Positions 33,843-35,506 of a DNA stretch of 35,506 bases are shown here, piece by piece. The stretch comes from Patescibacteria group bacterium. GTDB lineage: Bacteria > Patescibacteriota > Minisyncoccia > Phycocordibacterales > PALSA-1337. A program made the position numbers and the translations under genes. The stretch is taken from positions 74,079 to 109,584 of the forward strand of contig JBBTRA010000005.1 in assembly GCA_038065415.1 (NCBI GenBank). The letters are read 5' to 3'. The notes beneath the pieces were generated by a model that saw only the letters and a list, made by a program, of their open reading frames with translations, searched no databases and was not told the origin of the DNA. The first letter of the stretch is position 1, and each line of letters opens with the position of its first letter.

Positions 33843-34448
33843 ATGAAAGCCAGATTCACTATCGGTATCGACGAAGTTGGCCGCGGTCCCATCGCCGGCC
33901 CTGTCGCCGTGGGCGCTTTTGTCTTCCTGGATGAAAAAGCCAAGAAGCTATTTCGTGGAGTCAAAGAATCGAAGCAACTGAGTGAGCTGAAGAGGGAGGA
34001 ATGGTTTGTGTGTATTCAACAAGCCAAGAATGATAGACTCGTTGATTTCCAGGTGACATTCCAGAGTGAAAAAATAATTGATGGTAAGGGCTTGTCATAT
34101 GCTATACGGACCGCATTGAAATCTTCTTTGAATGTTGTAGCGAGGCGCAATCGAATCAAAGTAATGCAGACGAAAGTATTGCTCGATGGTGGTTTGAAGG
34201 CACCTGTTGCTTATGTGAATCAAAAAACAATTATCAAGGGTGATGAGAAAGAGATGACGATCGCCCTTGCTTCTATTTGTGCCAAAGTTCTTCGCGATCG
34301 GAAAATGAATCTTTTGGGAAGAAAGTATTCAGGGTATGGGTTTGAAAACCACAAAGGGTATGGTACGAGATCTCATTATGCCGCGATAAAGAAGTCTGGC
34401 CTCTTGAGCACACATCGTCGAAGTTTCTTGAAGAATATTCTGAGCTGA
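33843..34448 (+). CDS. rnhB: Ribonuclease HII
   Basis: 'GIDEVGRGPIAGPV', 'KESK', 'LLDGG', 'IIKGD', 'ASICAKVLRD' and 'HKGYGT'. Confidence 0.96.
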   Translation: MKARFTIGIDEVGRGPIAGPVAVGAFVFLDEKAKKLFRGVKESKQLSELKREEWFVCIQQAKNDRLVDFQVTFQSEKIIDGKGLSYAIRTALKSSLNVVARRNRIKVMQTKVLLDGGLKAPVAYVNQKTIIKGDEKEMTIALASICAKVLRDRKMNLLGRKYSGYGFENHKGYGTRSHYAAIKKSGLLSTHRRSFLKNILS

Positions 34449-35027
34449 CTAATCTTTGAGGCCTCTCTTGATGTAGGTTGAGACGAGGTGTTTGATGACG
34501 AAGAACGCTACAAGGGCTATAAGTAGACCGATCTCTGCATGCTTCACATCTTGTGCAGTGATGCTGAAGAATGAGCCAGATCCATAACCAACTGCTCCCA
34601 CGATGGCGAGCCAGATGAGTGTGGAGATTGCATCGATGAAGAGAAAACGACCGAATGGCATGCGGAGCTGACCAGCACGAACGATGATGGCGCAGTTGAG
34701 TCCGTAGACAAACTTGGTGAGGAATATGGTGCTCCAGGTGCGATCCTTGAGATGATGGTCGAATGGCTTGGAGATCATGTCGGTGATCCGGGTGTAGCGG
34801 TTCGGTTTGCGTGAGGCAGCATATCCGATCCAGTAGAAGAGGACATTTCCGGCCATTGAGCCGACGAGTGCAACGGGGATGAGGATGCTAAGCTCGAGGA
34901 GGTGCTGTTCCGCCAGGAACATGGTGCTGAAAAGGACTGTATTTGCTTCAAGCATGAAGCCAATGAAGATGCCTCCGTACATGAGGAGGGGAGAAAGTGT
35001 GGTTATATAGGATATGAAGGACTCCAT
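34449..35027 (-). CDS. DedA/VTT-domain membrane protein
   Basis: 'GSMAGNVLFYWIG', 'IFLTKFVYGL' and 'MPFGRF'. Start at MESF (35027) because the longer ORF overlaps tRNA-Leu. Confidence 0.85.
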   Translation of the reverse strand: MESFISYITTLSPLLMYGGIFIGFMLEANTVLFSTMFLAEQHLLELSILIPVALVGSMAGNVLFYWIGYAASRKPNRYTRITDMISKPFDHHLKDRTWSTIFLTKFVYGLNCAIIVRAGQLRMPFGRFLFIDAISTLIWLAIVGAVGYGSGSFFSITAQDVKHAEIGLLIALVAFFVIKHLVSTYIKRGLKD

Positions 35028-35039
35028 ACTGTATCTGTG

Positions 35040-35123
35040 TGCCGGGGGTGGGACTCGAACCCACAAGATCTTGCGATCGGGAAATTTTAAGTCTCCTGCG
35101 GCTACCAATTACGCCACCCCGGC
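35040..35123 (-). tRNA. tRNA-Leu(TAA), CCA not encoded
   Basis: Acceptor GCCGGGG/CCCCGGC; anticodon arm GGAGA-CTTAAAA-TTTCC; long variable arm; GTTCGAGTC T-loop. Confidence 0.96.
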
Positions 35124-35206
35124 GGGTGGATAGTACGAAATGTACCACTTATTTGAAGTTTCGTAAACAAAAACCTCGCCGGGAGATAGGGCGAGGATGG
35201 GATATT

Positions 35207-35410
35207 TCAGTCTTTGGTACTCACAATATACGGCTTGGCAAGTTCGTGTTGCAATTCTCGTTCTGCTGCAGCTATCGGTCCATCGAAGATTCGTTGGAGG
35301 GATTCCATGTCCATCGGTTGGTTGTCTCTGCAATGCATCGCGAAGATGCCGAACTGGTTTGGGGGCACGGGATGCGTGCATGGAGCAAGTGTGTTTTTTA
35401 ATGTACTCAT
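35207..35410 (-). CDS. Hypothetical small protein (67 aa) between tRNA-Cys and tRNA-Leu
   Basis: AAGGAAGG SD-like site, TGcTAGACT extended -10, and minus-strand terminator at 35169-35196. Confidence 0.5.
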   Translation of the reverse strand: MSTLKNTLAPCTHPVPPNQFGIFAMHCRDNQPMDMESLQRIFDGPIAAAERELQHELAKPYIVSTKD

Positions 35411-35450
35411 GATGAACCTTCCTTTTTCAAAGTCTAGCACAGTCTATTTT

Positions 35451-35506
35451 TGGAGGCCACGGCGAGAATCGAACTCGCGTATAGCTCTTTTGCAGAGAGC
35501 CGAATT
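35451..35506 (-). tRNA. tRNA-Cys(GCA), 5' end cut off by the window edge
   Basis: Anticodon arm GCTCT-CTGCAAA-AGAGC; GTTCGATTC T-loop; 3' GGCCTCCA. Confidence 0.93.

Noticed and set aside
1-35506. Alternative genetic code 25 (Gracilibacteria/Absconditabacteria)
   Set aside because: TGA ends full-length genes such as msrA, nrnA and rnhB, and conserved ORFs have no in-frame TGA.

Overview
Core-genome segment of a bacterium using genetic code 11. Gene content suggests Patescibacteria/CPR, probably Parcubacteria (inference from the GAD-less AspRS, class II RNR, Gmad2 Ig-like protein, and the rnpB / O-antigen-ligase-TPR / murJ / lepA run). Housekeeping genes: ECF sigma with a membrane partner, msrA-msrB-tspO, aspS, AlkD-like, NrnA, cyclophilin, MGMT, PD-(D/E)XK nuclease, NUDIX, DoxX, nrdJ, murJ, lepA, ftsB-like, glutaredoxin, DedA-PAP2, gpmI, an ABC exporter, dnaE, rnhB and dedA. 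RNA genes: RNase P RNA, tRNA-Gly(CCC), tRNA-Leu(TAA) and a partial tRNA-Cys(GCA). I found no CRISPR array, transposase, integrase or prophage gene. The most interesting signals lie outside the ORF track: (1) a compact 6S-like rod RNA with its own promoter downstream of dnaE, next to phased DnaA-box-like 9-mers; (2) two tandem ultra-basic micro-proteins (28 and 36 aa), each with its own promoter and terminator; (3) a two-tier expression grammar, in which core genes look leaderless (-10 hexamer 6-7 nt before ATG) while interspersed orphan genes carry -35/-10 promoters, SD-like sites and terminators; (4) a 133-bp cloverleaf palindromic element with related CTAG and GAAAAT..ATTTTC hairpins; (5) a GCAA-looped three-way-junction 5' leader; and (6) several unannotated small membrane proteins. 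All structures were folded by eye and no database searches were run.
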